DNA of 64,000 nt. Origin: a virus. The notes beneath the pieces were generated by a model. That model did not search any database, was not told the DNA's origin, and saw nothing but the letters and a program-made list of their open reading frames with translations. Location: IMG/VR virus record IMGVR_UViG_3300044801_000208, positions 1 through 64,000 of that record; one strand, written 5' to 3'. The position numbers and the translations under genes were made by a program. Shown here piece by piece: positions 47,201 through 54,235 of the stretch (position 1 is the first letter of the stretch; every line of letters begins with the position of its first letter).

Positions 47201-47743
47201 CATGGCGGTGACGAGGTACTTGACGTTCTTGGCGGCGTTCTCGAAGTGCTTCGACATCTCCTCCATTTCCTTGTTCGTCAGCTCGCCGTGCTTCGTCATC
47301 TTCGCCCAGAACTCCTCGGCGAGGTGCAGCCTCTTCCCGAGCTCCGCCGCCTCGGCGGAGGTGGTCTTGGCGGACGCCATGGCCGCCTTGTACATGTCGA
47401 CGAGGTCCTTCATCGTCTTGTTGGCTTTGTCGGCGTTCTTGAGCTTGGATACGTCCTTGTCGAGGAGTTTCTTGGCGAAGGAGTTGAGCTGCTCCTGGAG
47501 GTTGAGGAGATGCTTCATCTTCTTGCCCTCGTTCTCCCGGCTCTTGACGGTCGCGTCGAGGTCCTTCAGGCCCTCCCTCACCGCATCGTTGGTCTTCTCC
47601 GTCTTGTCCAGGACGTCGGAGGTAACGGACGAGACCTGGTTCAGGTTGTTCAGGTGGTCGTTGAGCGCGGCGGGGTCCATACCCTGGTTGGGGTTCTGGT
47701 TAGATGCGTTTGGGTCGTTCGGGGTGCCTGGTCCGTTTGCCAT
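44282..47743 (-). CDS. tape measure protein
   Basis: 1153 aa, helical Ala/Lys/Gly-rich, central hydrophobic segment, between chaperone-like and SLT genes. Confidence 0.7.
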   Translation of the reverse strand: MANGPGTPNDPNASNQNPNQGMDPAALNDHLNNLNQVSSVTSDVLDKTEKTNDAVREGLKDLDATVKSRENEGKKMKHLLNLQEQLNSFAKKLLDKDVSKLKNADKANKTMKDLVDMYKAAMASAKTTSAEAAELGKRLHLAEEFWAKMTKHGELTNKEMEEMSKHFENAAKNVKYLVTAMANLTKTGAAIKGASGILSSLGIGKGFATRMERRLEQAQEIKAAVAASKDMRAKATKKHMEEKRERSIKDIESLGNAAHLDPETGKIDLKKEDARKLLSRKMGFRSKAGEALPGAEAFEAGEEAMAKIDLKKEDARKLLSRKMGFRSKAGEALPGAEAFEAGEAGEEAMATGGEVGAAYGGVMEAGGGAIATAMGALEDGVLTAVTALEGIMLPLELVVGAIWALYEIFNSYVKQNKDMEAKLGKGGIFTAGFQDPFNQARQALNQGLLGGGGVALGATFQRNLELAGAMAQGGFGISGAMAPGAPMSANMMPGAQGEFMGGGLGLAQRTVFGAARVAGLTDTEGADQLIKLLEQYGETLTSSEQFFNKLNKDTQAAGISTTKYLKVIDEVSSHFDRMNKSLEQTTNMMRELSRYGAISSESLKDMMEFLLKGEKVSPDNIATKIFAATDENKDLLAATRKAMANTVLDTSDQIADSISKSQLTGKVPSSAPEIKAAMAAGDYSAALVAAQKGKIGLAGLRGKDATVAAPLMDQYDKLIAQIQQLSGQMEATPGLRESAKLRFGASPIQATEESIRNIDKVLKLSHVSMGDLLYPKPGKVGMSQNIMMGQLMPMLGTKSLKETQDALNQLTSRAMTTRMQDIEQAAPGTADRRQNIKEMVKALYMSKDKGGIPMFLSQKGKGTFEDLNKMSEDQLSDLLDATVKEGDLSKLNVKELQAANDWGLSLVKHAGDSSKVGDEQLAATLSVAKTDIAEKTQTIGDILTNVFKPWFTELLTGVGKIVDAVQWLSGGSDTEDLKKDFAETSGQIDDSVKAVKDRIQESGAHLQDIANQIAKLPPGSDEQKKALQEQGKTLEEGLKNDHELLAKLTDTKGQGMYRSSDQEEATSKLIEAATGKGLAAGGMPQNDLQKWEQKKLDIAADYWGNLASRAGAETKSAATTVWNIFTTDASTIVPPPGSTGAAPSEHGSSPAQK
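46694..46949. repeat. in-frame 123-bp tandem duplication in the tape measure gene
   Basis: KIDLKKEDARKLLSRKMGFRSKAGEALPGAEAFEAGE occurs twice with identical DNA. Confidence 0.9.
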
Positions 47744-47747
47744 CTAC

Positions 47748-48404
47748 TTAGCTCTTCTTGGCGTCCTCCGCGCCCACTGGCTCTGGCGTGGTGTCGTACA
47801 GCGCGGACACCTGCTGCTCCAGGATGGTTTGGGTCTGCTCCTCCATTTGCTTGCGGGCGCGGTCGAAGAGGCGCTGCTCGACCTCGGTGAACTTCGCGTC
47901 GTTCGGGAAGTCCTCCCTCAGCCTGTCCTCAATGTTCTGGGAGTGGTTCATCAGGACCTTCCACAGGACCTCGACGACCTCCTGGCCCCAGCCCATGATG
48001 ATGTTGCGCAGCGCCGCCTGTACGTCCTTCAGTGCGCCGCCGTCCGTCGGGTCTTGCACGAACCGCTTGTCGCCCGTGAGCTCGCGGAGGTTGATCCCGT
48101 CGATCCAGGAGATGGAGCGCGACAGCAGCTCCACTTTGACTCTCTTCATCCAGAGGTATCCCTTGAACTCGTCCGCCGCCTGGACGGAGAGCATCTCGTC
48201 GGTGGTCGGGACGTTTGCGATCTTGAGCCGCAAGGTCCTCCCCGCCTTGGTCCTGACTGTTAGCACCTCTTCGAATTCTTCAATTCCAAATCCGCGAAGC
48301 CCCGCGATCACTTCGTCGACAGACTTAGGTGCTTCTTTATCCGGGACCGCTGGGGCTATGATATTGAGCTCGTCTTGCACGTGCTTTAGGTCTTCAATGG
48401 GCAT
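47748..48404 (-). CDS. putative tail assembly chaperone / baseplate protein
   Basis: Acidic 218-aa ORF directly upstream of the tape measure gene. Confidence 0.5.
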   Translation of the reverse strand: MPIEDLKHVQDELNIIAPAVPDKEAPKSVDEVIAGLRGFGIEEFEEVLTVRTKAGRTLRLKIANVPTTDEMLSVQAADEFKGYLWMKRVKVELLSRSISWIDGINLRELTGDKRFVQDPTDGGALKDVQAALRNIIMGWGQEVVEVLWKVLMNHSQNIEDRLREDFPNDAKFTEVEQRLFDRARKQMEEQTQTILEQQVSALYDTTPEPVGAEDAKKS

Positions 48405-48422
48405 TTGCTCCCTCTTTCTCAA

Positions 48423-48932
48423 TCAAACTTTGTGCGGGCAGTTCACACCGGAACTTTTCGCTAGATGGCAATTGGCGCAGAGAATCTGGAACCCAGGCGG
48501 AAATCCATGACGTATGAGCCATCGGTGAAGGGCGCTTCCGGACCCTTGAGCCTGGCGATGTGTCTTGCCGTCTCCGTTGATGTGGTCCACAGTCAGCCAG
48601 ACAATTTCCGTCTCACGGCAACAGGCGCAGAACCCCCCATACTGATCAACTACGATTTTCTTATTCTTAATTCCGTTGTCGCGGGTCTTTTTCCGGGCTT
48701 TTTCAGCGTTGCGCTTATACCACAGCCTTGCTTTCTCTCTGTACGCCTCTGGGTTCTTCGCATAAAACGCCCTGTTCCTGGCGCGGACGCAGGCCTTGCA
48801 CCAGCCGAACGACCCTCCGGTTTTAGCCGTTCCCGATCTTCCTGGAAAGGGGGCTAGGGAGGCGTGGAAACCCCCCTCCGTGAATTCGCCTCCGCACTTC
48901 TTGCACTGTAAGACGGCTATAGGATCATCCAT
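48423..48932 (-). CDS. HNH-like homing endonuclease (paralogue of 2325)
   Basis: YGG.CACC.E....LTVDHINGDG...FQILCANC. Confidence 0.85.
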   Translation of the reverse strand: MDDPIAVLQCKKCGGEFTEGGFHASLAPFPGRSGTAKTGGSFGWCKACVRARNRAFYAKNPEAYREKARLWYKRNAEKARKKTRDNGIKNKKIVVDQYGGFCACCRETEIVWLTVDHINGDGKTHRQAQGSGSALHRWLIRHGFPPGFQILCANCHLAKSSGVNCPHKV

Positions 48933-49058
48933 ACCTAAGAACGTATAGTCATTTGACAACGTATGAATATCAACCTCGTTTAATACCTGTGTTTTCAACG
49001 CCTTGCGGATGGACGAAATGGCGGAGTCCGGGGTATACTGTAGGCGGAGGGACACCAA

Positions 49059-49634
49059 ATGAAAATCTTGGGAGCGATGATAGGTTTAATCATGAGACTG
49101 TTGGCGATCCTGGGCCTTTTGCTTTTCGCCCCGGCGATCTTCCTCGTCGTCCCGATCGTCCTTGCCTGCGGGGCGAGAGTGAACGTGGGCGGGCTGGCCT
49201 TCGCGTACATGCTGCTCGGCCCCTTCGTCTGCGGCGTCTGGACCATGTCCTTGTGCCACGCCCGCAGGATTCTGCGCGTGACGGGCGGCAACCCGCGCCT
49301 GTACAAGAAGAGTTTCGCCCGCGACACGGCCATGTGCTTCGGCTGGCTGTTCTTCGGCTTCTTCGGCGCGGTCGCCTCCGAGGTTCTGTTCCGCCTCGCC
49401 TACGTGCGCCACGGCGCTGACATCTTCTGGTTCTCCGCCGCGCCGATCGTGATCTTCGCCCCGACGCTTCTCGCCCTGATCTTCGGGGAGATAGACGTGA
49501 TCGGAAGGCTCAAGTACCGCGATGAGATGGCGATACATGTGGCGATCCTCGGGCGCTTGCCCCCGGACTTCCCGACCTTCAAGGACTGGCGACGCCGCAT
49601 GGCCGCGATCTACCCAGGCGGCGGGGTGCCCTAG
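49059..49634 (+). CDS. multi-pass membrane protein
   Basis: About 4 hydrophobic segments; RBS GGAGGG. Confidence 0.6.
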   Translation: MKILGAMIGLIMRLLAILGLLLFAPAIFLVVPIVLACGARVNVGGLAFAYMLLGPFVCGVWTMSLCHARRILRVTGGNPRLYKKSFARDTAMCFGWLFFGFFGAVASEVLFRLAYVRHGADIFWFSAAPIVIFAPTLLALIFGEIDVIGRLKYRDEMAIHVAILGRLPPDFPTFKDWRRRMAAIYPGGGVP

Positions 49635-50146
49635 CCGTTGGCGCGGAGCCACTTCAGGATGTGGGTGTCCAGCGGGATGACCTGCTGGTCGGGGCGGGTG
49701 TAGAGCGCGTACATTCGGGCGGTCTTCGCCCCCACGCTGTGGACGCCCTCAAGCTCCTCGATCGTGGCGGTCTTCGGGTCGACGGAGATGACCTCGCGGA
49801 ACGCCTTGCCGATCCGCTTGCCGTAGATGCGTAGCCCCATGACCTCGACGCCGCCGTCCTGGAGGTACATGAGCTTGCCGCCCCCGCCGATGACGCCCTG
49901 GTTCATCAGGCTCATGGCGAGCGTGCGGTTCTTCTCGAACATCCAGTCGTGGTTGCCCGCGATGACCACGACACCGGCGGGGAACTTCTCCCCTTGTTTG
50001 CGAAGCCACGCGCCGACCGCTGCGATCTCAGACATGCGCCCGAGCATGGTGAGGTCGCCAGCGTGGACCAGGATGTCGCCGTCGGGGACGGCGGGAATCC
50101 TGTCCTGCAAGTCGTGCGTGTCGGAGATGAGTACGATCCTGGGCAT
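49631..50146 (-). pseudogene. metallophosphoesterase N-terminus fused to an HhH DNA-glycosylase-like C-terminus
   Basis: ISDTH, HAGDLT, IAGNHD, then LEGVHSVGAKTA...PLDTH; junction near 49820. Confidence 0.65.
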
Positions 50147-50147
50147 G

Positions 50148-50687
50148 TCAGTCCCGCGTCTTGTAGCCCTTCTTCAGCTTCTCGTTGAGGACCCTGTCGT
50201 AGAGCGCCTTCGCGTCCTCGTACTCCAGGCCCTCGCCCTTGAAGTCGCGCTTGAGCTTCCTACCTACCCTGCCGTAGTCGGCGAACACCAGCCAGACGGA
50301 GTTGTCCTTGTCGTTGGAGGTCAGGGACAGGTGGTACTCCTTGTCGGAGGTGCCCTCCTGGAAGTACAGGTCCGCTACTAGGGACTCGTTCTCGATCAGC
50401 GGCTCCTCGTCCTCCTTGGGCTCGTAGTCGAGGCCGAACGCCTCCGCGTAGAGCTTCGCCCCCAGGTCTCGGTACTTCTCGGGGAGCTGCTTGACCTCCG
50501 CGCCGAGGTGCGCGAGGATGCCGCTCATGTACTCGCCGCGCCAGTGGGCGTCGTTGCAGTCCCAGCCGTCTATGTAGACGAGCTCGCCGTCGGGGTCGAA
50601 CTTGAAGAAGGCGTCGCCCTCCCCGAGGTCGTCGCCGCAGATGAACTGGTGGTAGATGACGCGCTGTTGAGCCTTTGCCTTAGCCAT
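50148..50687 (-). CDS. WGR domain protein
   Basis: LYFQEGTSDKEY.....V...YGRVG......A...Y.....EKLKKGY. Confidence 0.8.
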   Translation of the reverse strand: MAKAKAQQRVIYHQFICGDDLGEGDAFFKFDPDGELVYIDGWDCNDAHWRGEYMSGILAHLGAEVKQLPEKYRDLGAKLYAEAFGLDYEPKEDEEPLIENESLVADLYFQEGTSDKEYHLSLTSNDKDNSVWLVFADYGRVGRKLKRDFKGEGLEYEDAKALYDRVLNEKLKKGYKTRD

Positions 50688-50988
50688 GACACTCAATACC
50701 GGAACCATCAGTATGAGCAAAGATTTCCAGACGGCATTCCCAGAGGACTTCGAGCAGGAGCCGGACCCGAACGTCATCATGTGCAGATGGGGGTGCGGGC
50801 AGCCAGCGAAGTACGGGAACCTGAGGCCGGGCTTGCAGGGCGGCGACCCGCCGTGCTGCTCGGGCGACCCGAAGACCGGGCGCGTAAGCAAGGGGGAGTG
50901 CCCCGCAATCAAAGGGGCCGCCTTGAGGGCGGCCCGGAGGGCTGGGCGGCTAGGCCGAAGGTGGCAGAGCCGCTTCTGATCTGAAATT

Positions 50989-51063
50989 TGGTAGCCCTGA
51001 GCGGTATCGATCCGCCTTCCGCGCCTTGAGAGGGTGCTGTCCTAGCCAGTAGACGACAGGGCC
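50989..51063 (-). tRNA. tRNA-Glu(CTC)
   Basis: Cloverleaf, anticodon loop CT-CTC-AA, CCA end. Confidence 0.85.
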
Positions 51064-51072
51064 ACTTTCTGC

Positions 51073-51186
51073 TGGTACAGCTCGCGCCCGCCCAGGCGCG
51101 GTTGCTTGCGCCAGCGGAGCGGCGGGCGGGGAACCCACTCCGGCGCTGAAAGTCGCACTCTGGCCTCTGAGTTAACAGCGCGAACT
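51073..51186 (-). ncRNA. tRNA-like RNA: Val-like 5' acceptor/D arm followed by non-tRNA stems
   Basis: GCGCTGTTAACTCAGAGGCCAGAGTG...; 9-bp closing stem; ends ACCA; no T loop. Confidence 0.4.
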
Positions 51187-51262
51187 TGGTAGGGTATAGG
51201 AGAATCGAACTCCTCATCATCTGATTGAAAGTCAGAGGTCCAAACCGATAGACGGATACCCC
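51187..51262 (-). tRNA. tRNA-Glu(TTC)
   Basis: TCTGA-CTTTCAA-TCAGA; TTCGA; CCA. Confidence 0.95.
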
Positions 51263-51295
51263 ATCTCTAAATTTACTCCCGCGTGCTCCTAAATT

Positions 51296-51371
51296 TGGTG
51301 GACCTAGTCGGGATCGAACCGACGACCTCTTCCATGCCATGGAAGCGCGCTCCCAGCTGCGCTATAGGCCC
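51296..51371 (-). tRNA. tRNA-Ala(GGC)
   Basis: CTTCC-ATGGCAT-GGAAG; G3.U70; CCA. Confidence 0.95.
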
Positions 51372-51384
51372 AGCGAACGGCTTT

Positions 51385-51459
51385 CGGCAGGTACAGGATT
51401 CGAACCCGCGTCTCCGGCTGCCCGGAATCCTAAGCCACTAGACGAACCCCTACTCGCCG
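51385..51459 (-). ncRNA. anticodon-less tRNA-like element
   Basis: D arm and T arm (GGTTCGAATCC) intact; anticodon stem TCCGG/CCGGA closed by a 4-nt loop. Confidence 0.55.
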
Positions 51460-51487
51460 TTCTTTGCGTCGTGCACGGACGCAATCT

Positions 51488-51563
51488 TGGTAGCGCACGA
51501 GGGACTCGAACCCTCATTTCACACGCTGAGAACGTGGTTGCCTAGCCGTTAGCAGAGTGCGCC
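51488..51563 (-). tRNA. tRNA-Glu(CTC)
   Basis: CACG-TTCTCAG-CGTG; TTCGA; CCA. Confidence 0.85.
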
Positions 51564-51569
51564 GAAACT

Positions 51570-51645
51570 TGGTGGACCTAAGGGGGCTCGAACCCCTGAC
51601 CTCATCGTTGCGAACGATGCGCTCTCCCAACTGAGCTACAGGCCC
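51570..51645 (-). tRNA. tRNA-Ala(CGC)
   Basis: CATCG-TTCGCAA-CGATG; G3.U70; CCA. Confidence 0.95.
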
Positions 51646-51655
51646 AACTTCAAAC

Positions 51656-51732
51656 TGGAGCGGCTGGCGGGATTTGAACCCGCGATCTCTTCCATGGCAA
51701 GGAAGCATTCTACCAGGCTGAACTACAACCGC
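51656..51732 (-). tRNA. tRNA-Gly(GCC)
   Basis: CTTCC-TTGCCAT-GGAAG; U73-CCA. Confidence 0.95.
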
Positions 51733-51746
51733 GTATTTCCAATCTT

Positions 51747-51820
51747 TGGAGCGAGAGACCGGACTCGAACCGGCAGTCTGAGCACACTGTCGTTGTAATC
51801 CATTCCACACCGCTCATAGT
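51747..51820 (-). pseudogene. tRNA-Gly-like 3' half without a matching 5' half
   Basis: GCCGG-TTCGAGT-CCGGT-CTCTCGC-TCCA; upstream sequence does not complete the acceptor stem. Confidence 0.55.
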
Positions 51821-51827
51821 CAAAATT

Positions 51828-51991
51828 TTTGCTGCGTTTACGTCCCAGTCGGTCGATGGCTTTTACCCCATCGCGTCAGTCGGGGCATTCGCCGAGGCTG
51901 ACGGACATTCCGTGGTCGTCGAATCTCGTAGCCGAAGCTACGGCGTTTTTCTACCCACTTAAGGGAGTCCACGCGGATGCCACGCAGCAAA
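51828..51991 (-). ncRNA. unknown multi-branched structured RNA (about 164 nt)
   Basis: 10-bp closing stem TTTGCTGCGT/ACGCAGCAAA, UUCG-capped hairpin, several further helices; lies between tRNAs. Confidence 0.55.
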
Positions 51992-52001
51992 CCTCTAAAC
52001 T

Positions 52002-52076
52002 TGGAGCGGGTTACCGAAATCGAATCGGTCTCTGTGGCTTGGAGGGCCACGGCACCGCCAGTTATACCTAACCCGC
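52002..52076 (-). tRNA. tRNA-Gly(TCC), atypical (C33, weak D arm)
   Basis: GTGGC-CCTCCAA-GCCAC; TTCGA; U73-CCA. Confidence 0.8.
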
Positions 52077-52562
52077 TAAACGATAAAACTTTCCACACTG
52101 ACTACTTTCTCGCGTTTGTTTATTGGTAGCGATCAGCCCCTTGTTCCTGTCCTCCGCTGTCTTTACTGCGTGACAGTTCGCACAACGTACGTCACATTTG
52201 GCTATTTCGTCCAAAACTCGCTGCCGACCTTTAGTCCAACCTTGGGCCAAATTGAACTTCTTTTCCTTTGGATCGCGATGGTCGAAGTGCAGGGCTGCTG
52301 CGTATTCCTTGTACCCACAATCCTTGCACCCCAGTTCCAGCTTTACAGAGTCAATCCATTTTCTGCGAGCGGCATACCGGTAATCTCTTGCACGACGGTT
52401 GCAGATAGTTTTTGTTTCTTTACGCTCTTCCGGCGTTTTTACCTGCGTTGAATCTTTGCAGACCCGTGTACAGAAAAATATTTTGTGCTTACACAGCTTG
52501 TACCGCGACGGGTATATGTCAAAGTCATTTTTGCAAACCCAACATTGAACCGTTATCATCAC
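52068..52562 (-). CDS. HNH endonuclease inside the tRNA array
   Basis: GCKDCGY...LHFDHRDP..K.F...EIAKC.V.CANCH. Confidence 0.85.
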   Translation of the reverse strand: MMITVQCWVCKNDFDIYPSRYKLCKHKIFFCTRVCKDSTQVKTPEERKETKTICNRRARDYRYAARRKWIDSVKLELGCKDCGYKEYAAALHFDHRDPKEKKFNLAQGWTKGRQRVLDEIAKCDVRCANCHAVKTAEDRNKGLIATNKQTRESSQCGKFYRLAG

Positions 52563-52609
52563 TATTTGCTCCCCCTACTTTGAATACTGTAGAAGGAGCA
52601 AATAGTTAA

Positions 52610-52969
52610 TTTACGCGACCTATAAGCGGGGTTCTGTAAGCACCGAAGTGCCCGACAGCCATTCGTCTAATCCACCTATTACTAGGCGGCTCAAGCCCCT
52701 AACCCGCAGATTGATAACGAACCGAGCAAGCTCTCTCTGCCTATTTAGGGTTGCTTCACGCAAGGTTTGCCATGCAACGACTGTTACCAGCCGCCCGGTG
52801 GTCTCTTAAACCGCCTTTTCACCCTTACCGTCTTGCGACGGCGGTATATTCTCTGTGGCACTGTCTATCACGGTTACCCGTGTCCGGGTGTTACCCGGTG
52901 CGCTGCTCTATGTAGCCCCGACTTTCCTCCCCCGTAAAATCACAGCGGCGACTGTCCGGTCAACGTAAA
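52610..52969 (-). ncRNA. rnpB: RNase P RNA, bacterial type A
   Basis: GAGGAAAGTCGGGGCT, AGTGCCACAGA, GGGTGAAA, GGCAAACC, AGACGAATG, ACAGAACCCCGCTTAT; P4 covaries; P1 closes the ends. Confidence 0.92.
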
Positions 52970-52972
52970 ATT

Positions 52973-53049
52973 TGGAGGTCCGGGGGAGAATCGAACTCCC
53001 GCATTTTCACGTTTGCAGCGTGACGCCTTACCGTCTTGGCTACCGAACC
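52973..53049 (-). tRNA. tRNA-Cys(GCA)
   Basis: TCACG-CTGCAAA-CGTGA; U73-CCA. Confidence 0.95.
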
Positions 53050-53056
53050 AAACTAA

Positions 53057-53161
53057 TTGGATCAAGTGCTCTACTACTGAGCTACACCCGCCATCTGTCG
53101 ATAGCCGAAGCGTGACAGTGGGCGGGAGGGCGGGTACGAGACCGCCGACCTCCTGATCCAA
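53057..53161 (-). ncRNA. circularly permuted tRNA-like RNA (YrlA/Y-RNA-like topology)
   Basis: Order: stem 5' strand, T arm, acceptor 3' strand, hairpin linker, acceptor 5' strand, D arm (TAGCTCAGTAGTAGAGC), stem 3' strand; 10-bp terminal stem replaces the anticodon arm. Confidence 0.7.
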
Positions 53162-53164
53162 ACT

Positions 53165-53238
53165 TGGCGGGGCGTACGGGAGTCGAACCCGTGTGTCTCG
53201 GTAGACAGCCGAGTAAATTGCCGTCATTCTCACGCCCC
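53165..53238 (-). tRNA. tRNA-Asp(GTC)
   Basis: CTCGG-CTGTCTA-CCGAG; G73-CCA. Confidence 0.9.
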
Positions 53239-53312
53239 GGACGCCGAGACGGGAATCGAACCCGTGAATAAACGTTTTGCAGACGTTCGCCTTACCACTT
53301 GGCTACTCAGCT
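53239..53312 (-). tRNA. tRNA-Cys(GCA), 3' end abutting tRNA-Asp (no complete CCA, 1-72 mismatch)
   Basis: AACGT-CTGCAAA-ACGTT; GGTTCGATTCC. Confidence 0.8.
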
Positions 53313-53327
53313 TACACAAAAATTATG

Positions 53328-53398
53328 CCGCGATGATTAAGGGGCTGATCCCCATCCCGGCGCTCCGAAGAGCCTTCCGGTATCTATCGCCGTCGCGG
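53328..53398 (-). ncRNA. unknown three-way-junction RNA
   Basis: CCGCGA/TCGCGG closing stem; CCGG..GCTC-TTCG-GAGC..CCGG; GGGG/CCCC hairpin. Confidence 0.4.
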
Positions 53399-53409
53399 AC
53401 GACACACTC

Positions 53410-53479
53410 TGAGCGCTGTATCCACGTCTTAGGTGGGTGTTCTTCACAGACCGCTAAGTCTGGTACTGGACAGCGCTCA
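53410..53479 (-). ncRNA. unknown three-way-junction RNA
   Basis: 10-bp TGAGCGCTGT/ACAGCGCTCA closing stem; CAGAC/GTCTG and CCAC/GTGG hairpins. Confidence 0.5.
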
Positions 53480-53483
53480 AACT

Positions 53484-53558
53484 TGGTGGACACAGGGAGA
53501 TTCGAACTCCATAGTTCTCATTGCAAGTGAGACGCATTCCCAATTATGCTACTGGCCC
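53484..53558 (-). tRNA. tRNA-Ala(TGC)
   Basis: TCTCA-CTTGCAA-TGAGA; G3.U70; CCA. Confidence 0.9.
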
Positions 53559-53570
53559 ACATTCAAAACT

Positions 53571-53646
53571 TGGTGCGCTGGAAGGGACTCGAACCCCCGA
53601 TGAGTGTCTTGTAAGGGCACCGCTTTAGCCGCTAAGCTACCCGCGC
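53571..53646 (-). tRNA. tRNA-Val(TAC)
   Basis: GTGCC-CTTACAA-GACAC; TTCGA; CCA. Confidence 0.9.
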
Positions 53647-54039
53647 AAATCTCTCTACGTACTCTGCCGCAAGCCTCAATAGGTTCGCTCGGTCGCGAAA
53701 ATGACCAAGCCCTAAATTACACCCGCGACACAAAAACCCACGAGCTATATCCGTCTCGTGATTATGATCTAAGTGGGCCTTCCTGAACCCACCCTCGATT
53801 ATTTCAGTACACACGGCGCAATGCCCTTGCTGTCCCGTCCACAAAGTTTGAAGCTCTTCTTCGCTCAAACCTAATCGAGTTCTCTTCCTCTGACTTCGAT
53901 TTGTGCGTTCACATCCCGCACAGAACGGGCGGCGTCCGCTCTTCCGGCTGACATCTGGATAAAATTCTCCCAGCTTCAACCATGCTTCACATCTTGGACA
54001 CCACTTCTCGTGTTCATTAAACTTTTTGTTTCGTCCCAT
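53632..54039 (-). CDS. endonuclease VII-family homing endonuclease
   Basis: Q.G.CAVC...HLDHNH.T...RGFLC..CN.GLG.F.D. Confidence 0.85.
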   Translation of the reverse strand: MGRNKKFNEHEKWCPRCEAWLKLGEFYPDVSRKSGRRPFCAGCERTNRSQRKRTRLGLSEEELQTLWTGQQGHCAVCTEIIEGGFRKAHLDHNHETDIARGFLCRGCNLGLGHFRDRANLLRLAAEYVERFARVA

Positions 54040-54060
54040 TCTGGACAATACTCGGAAAAT

Positions 54061-54092
54061 AAAAAAGGACGCTCACTTTTCAGTGGCGTCCT
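54061..54092 (-). terminator. intrinsic terminator of a putative attenuator
   Basis: AGGACGC-CAC-TGAAAA-GTG-A-GCGTCC-TTTTTT. Confidence 0.85.
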
Positions 54093-54140
54093 CGGAATCT
54101 CTGTTGGGTGGCTATTTAGCCGACTCGACCCTCCGAGGAC
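54088..54140 (-). promoter_or_regulatory. antiterminator helix overlapping the terminator 5' arm
   Basis: GTCCTCGGA (54140-54132) is perfectly complementary to TCCGAGGAC (54096-54088). Confidence 0.7.
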
Positions 54141-54235
54141 ATGGTATCTCCCTCCGCCGCTTCGGCGGCGACCGTACCTGCACACACGACGACTGCGGCG
54201 GATACGACGGTCGAGTTGGAGTTGAAGGAGTTCAT
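54116..54235 (-). CDS. putative attenuator leader peptide (39 aa)
   Basis: MNSFNSNSTVVSAAVVVCAGTVAAEAAEGDTMSSEGRVG*, downstream of TTGACA (54283-54278), overlapping the antiterminator arm. Confidence 0.65.
   Translation of the reverse strand: MNSFNSNSTVVSAAVVVCAGTVAAEAAEGDTMSSEGRVG

Noticed and set aside
32265-48263. Long plus-strand ORFs (e.g. 32265-33671, 39954-41264, 45446-47143, 46569-48263)
   Set aside because: Antisense shadows of GC3-rich minus-strand genes; no RBS or motifs
51747-52113. Split tRNA-Gly with its 5' half at about 52113 (GCGAGAA...)
   Set aside because: Only 6 of 7 acceptor pairs, no D arm, and it lies inside the HNH ORF
50909-53786. ORFs called across the tRNA array
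   Set aside because: They overlap clear tRNA or RNase P genes; only the two nuclease ORFs have protein motifs
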